64,000 bases of DNA from an uncultured Clostridia bacterium (lineage in GTDB: Bacteria; Bacillota; Clostridia; Oscillospirales; Ruminococcaceae): assembly GCA_947627875.1 (NCBI GenBank), contig CANQXS010000008.1:18680-82679 (forward strand). Reading direction: 5' to 3'. A program made the translations under genes and the position numbers. Below are positions 62,688 to 64,000 of this stretch, one piece after another (the stretch's first letter is position 1; every line of letters starts with the position of its first letter). The notes below the pieces were generated by a model. That model saw only the letters and a list, made by a program, of their open reading frames with translations, did no database searches and was not told the DNA's origin.

Positions 62688-64000
62688 TCACTTGCCGAAC
62701 TTGATGGCAGCCTGAGCCGCGGCGAGCCTTGCGATCGGGACGCGGAACGGCGAGCAGGAAACGTAGTCGAGACCGATCTGGTGGCAGAACTCGATGGAGG
62801 ACGGGTCGCCGCCGTGCTCACCGCAGATACCGCAGTGGAGCTCGGGTCTTACCTTCTTGCCGAGGGTGACCGCCATACTCATCAGCTTGCCTACGCCGGT
62901 GGTGTCGAGCCTTGCGAACGGGTCGGACTCATAGATCTTGTTGGAGTAGTAGGCGGGCAGGAACTTGCCTGCGTCGTCTCTCGAGAAGCCGAAGGTCATC
63001 TGAGTGAGGTCGTTGGTGCCGAAGCAGAAGAACTCGGCCTCGGTGGCGATGTCGTCGGCGGTGAGAGCCGCTCTCGGGATCTCGATCATAGTGCCGACTT
63101 CATAGTGGAGGTCGATTCCGGCTTCCTTGATGACTGCGTCGGCGGTCTTTACTACGACGTCCTTGACGAACTTAAGCTCCTTGACCTCGCCTACGAGCGG
63201 GATCATAATCTCGGGAACGATGTTCCAGTCGGCGTGGCGCGACTTGACGGCGATAGCCGCCTTTATAACCGCCTTGGTCTGCATAACGGCTATCTCGGGA
63301 TAGGTTACGGTAAGACGGCAGCCGCGGTGACCCATCATCGGGTTGAATTCGTGGAGGTCGTTGATGACCTGCTTGATATAGGCGACGGTCTTGCCCTGAG
63401 CCTTGGCGAGAGCCTCGATATCGGCTTCGTCGGTGGGGACGAATTCGTGGAGCGGCGGGTCGAGGAAGCGGATTGTTACGGGTTGTCCGCCGAGGGCTTC
63501 GAACAAGCCTTCAAAGTCTGCCTGCTGCATAGGCTCGATCTTCGCAAGAGCGGCTTCGCGCTCCTCTGCGGTCTCGGAGCAGATCATCTCGCGGAAAGCG
63601 CCTATTCTTGCGGGGTCGAAGAACATGTGCTCGGTGCGGCAGAGACCGATTCCCTGAGCGCCGAAGGCGGCGGCCTGCTTGGCGTCGGCGGGAGTATCGG
63701 CATTGGTCCTTACGCCGAGGGTCTTATACTTGTCGGCAAGCTCCATAATTCTGCCGAAGTAGCCGCTGTTCGGGTCGGCGGGAACCGTCGGGATAATCTC
63801 GCCGTATATGTTGCCGGTGGAGCCGTCGAGAGATATAGCGTCGCCCTCGTGATAAACCTTGCCGGCAAGGGTGAAGCACTTGTTCTCTTCGTCCATCTTA
63901 ATGTCGCCGCAGCCGGAAACGCAGCAGGTTCCCATTCCGCGGGCAACAACGGCGGCGTGCGAGGTCTGACCGCCGCGGACGGTGAGGATACCCTGGGAGT
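62688..64000 (-). CDS. ppdK: Pyruvate, phosphate dikinase, C-terminal part; the gene continues past the window end
   Basis: The reading frame stays open to the window edge. GGQTSHAAVVARGMGTCCVSG is the phosphohistidine region. The PEP-utilising TIM barrel carries CGEHGGDP. Confidence 0.92.
   Translation of the reverse strand, partial: SQGILTVRGGQTSHAAVVARGMGTCCVSGCGDIKMDEENKCFTLAGKVYHEGDAISLDGSTGNIYGEIIPTVPADPNSGYFGRIMELADKYKTLGVRTNADTPADAKQAAAFGAQGIGLCRTEHMFFDPARIGAFREMICSETAEEREAALAKIEPMQQADFEGLFEALGGQPVTIRFLDPPLHEFVPTDEADIEALAKAQGKTVAYIKQVINDLHEFNPMMGHRGCRLTVTYPEIAVMQTKAVIKAAIAVKSRHADWNIVPEIMIPLVGEVKELKFVKDVVVKTADAVIKEAGIDLHYEVGTMIEIPRAALTADDIATEAEFFCFGTNDLTQMTFGFSRDDAGKFLPAYYSNKIYESDPFARLDTTGVGKLMSMAVTLGKKVRPELHCGICGEHGGDPSSIEFCHQIGLDYVSCSPFRVPIARLAAAQAAIKFGK

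Noticed and set aside
1-64000. Scan for CRISPR arrays, rRNA, tRNA, reverse transcriptase/retron/DGR features and toxin-antitoxin pairs.
   Set aside because: I saw no regularly spaced direct repeats, no RNA-gene signatures, no RT motifs and no convincing TA pair. The repeats that were found are reported as MITEs, inverted sites or hairpin clusters.

Overview
This 64-kb window comes from a fairly high-GC, spore-forming Firmicute. The gene content looks like Clostridia: dpaA/dpaB, spmA/spmB, a SpoIID-like gene, abrB, ymdB, GTP-PEPCK and PPDK. I saw no rRNA, tRNA or CRISPR array. The window has four parts. (1) 1-12.6 kb is a tightly packed minus-strand surface-glycan locus. It holds four or five glycosyltransferases, a Wzy-like polymerase, wecB, ugd, and a PglF/PglE/PglC-like dehydratase, aminotransferase and initiating transferase. 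The distal half is visibly AT-rich and compositionally mosaic. (2) 12.8-17.5 kb holds an 839-aa SF2 helicase with six C-terminal HA-domain repeats, an aldo/keto reductase fused to ferredoxin, and a lipoprotein. Upstream of the helicase and glycan genes, a 326-bp segment is bracketed by inverted lox/dif-like sites and carries an outward-facing promoter, so it is a candidate invertible switch. (3) About 17.6-28.9 kb is a composite lower-GC island. It carries a second SF2 helicase, a DUF3846-like protein, a Cys-rich HTH protein, an excisionase-type HTH, a zinc-ribbon amidoligase paired with a class-II glutamine amidotransferase, an IS4-family insertion sequence, a small resolvase/invertase, a decayed MobC/relaxase module and a large serine recombinase. 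The recombinase ORF runs straight into a 5'-truncated spoIIID, so the element looks like a skin-type sporulation-gene intervening element. The 5' half of spoIIID is not visible in the window. (4) 29-64 kb is core genome: cysteine desulfurase-thiI-cinA, two tandem class-B sortases, SpoIID-like, transglutaminase-like, fabG-like, acpS, nnrD, pnp, rpsO, folD, lgt, abrB, spmAB, ymdB, ttcA-like, pck, rsmE, dpaAB, VanY-like, mrp and ppdK. Three non-coding observations stand out. A roughly 111-bp MITE family has 9-bp target duplications and three copies, each 15-16 nt upstream of a strong promoter. Its ends resemble those of the resident IS4-family element. Two intergenic clusters of perfect GC-rich hairpins also occur, one of which folds as a nested four-way junction. 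All calls come from reading the sequence and the translated ORFs by eye. No database search was run.
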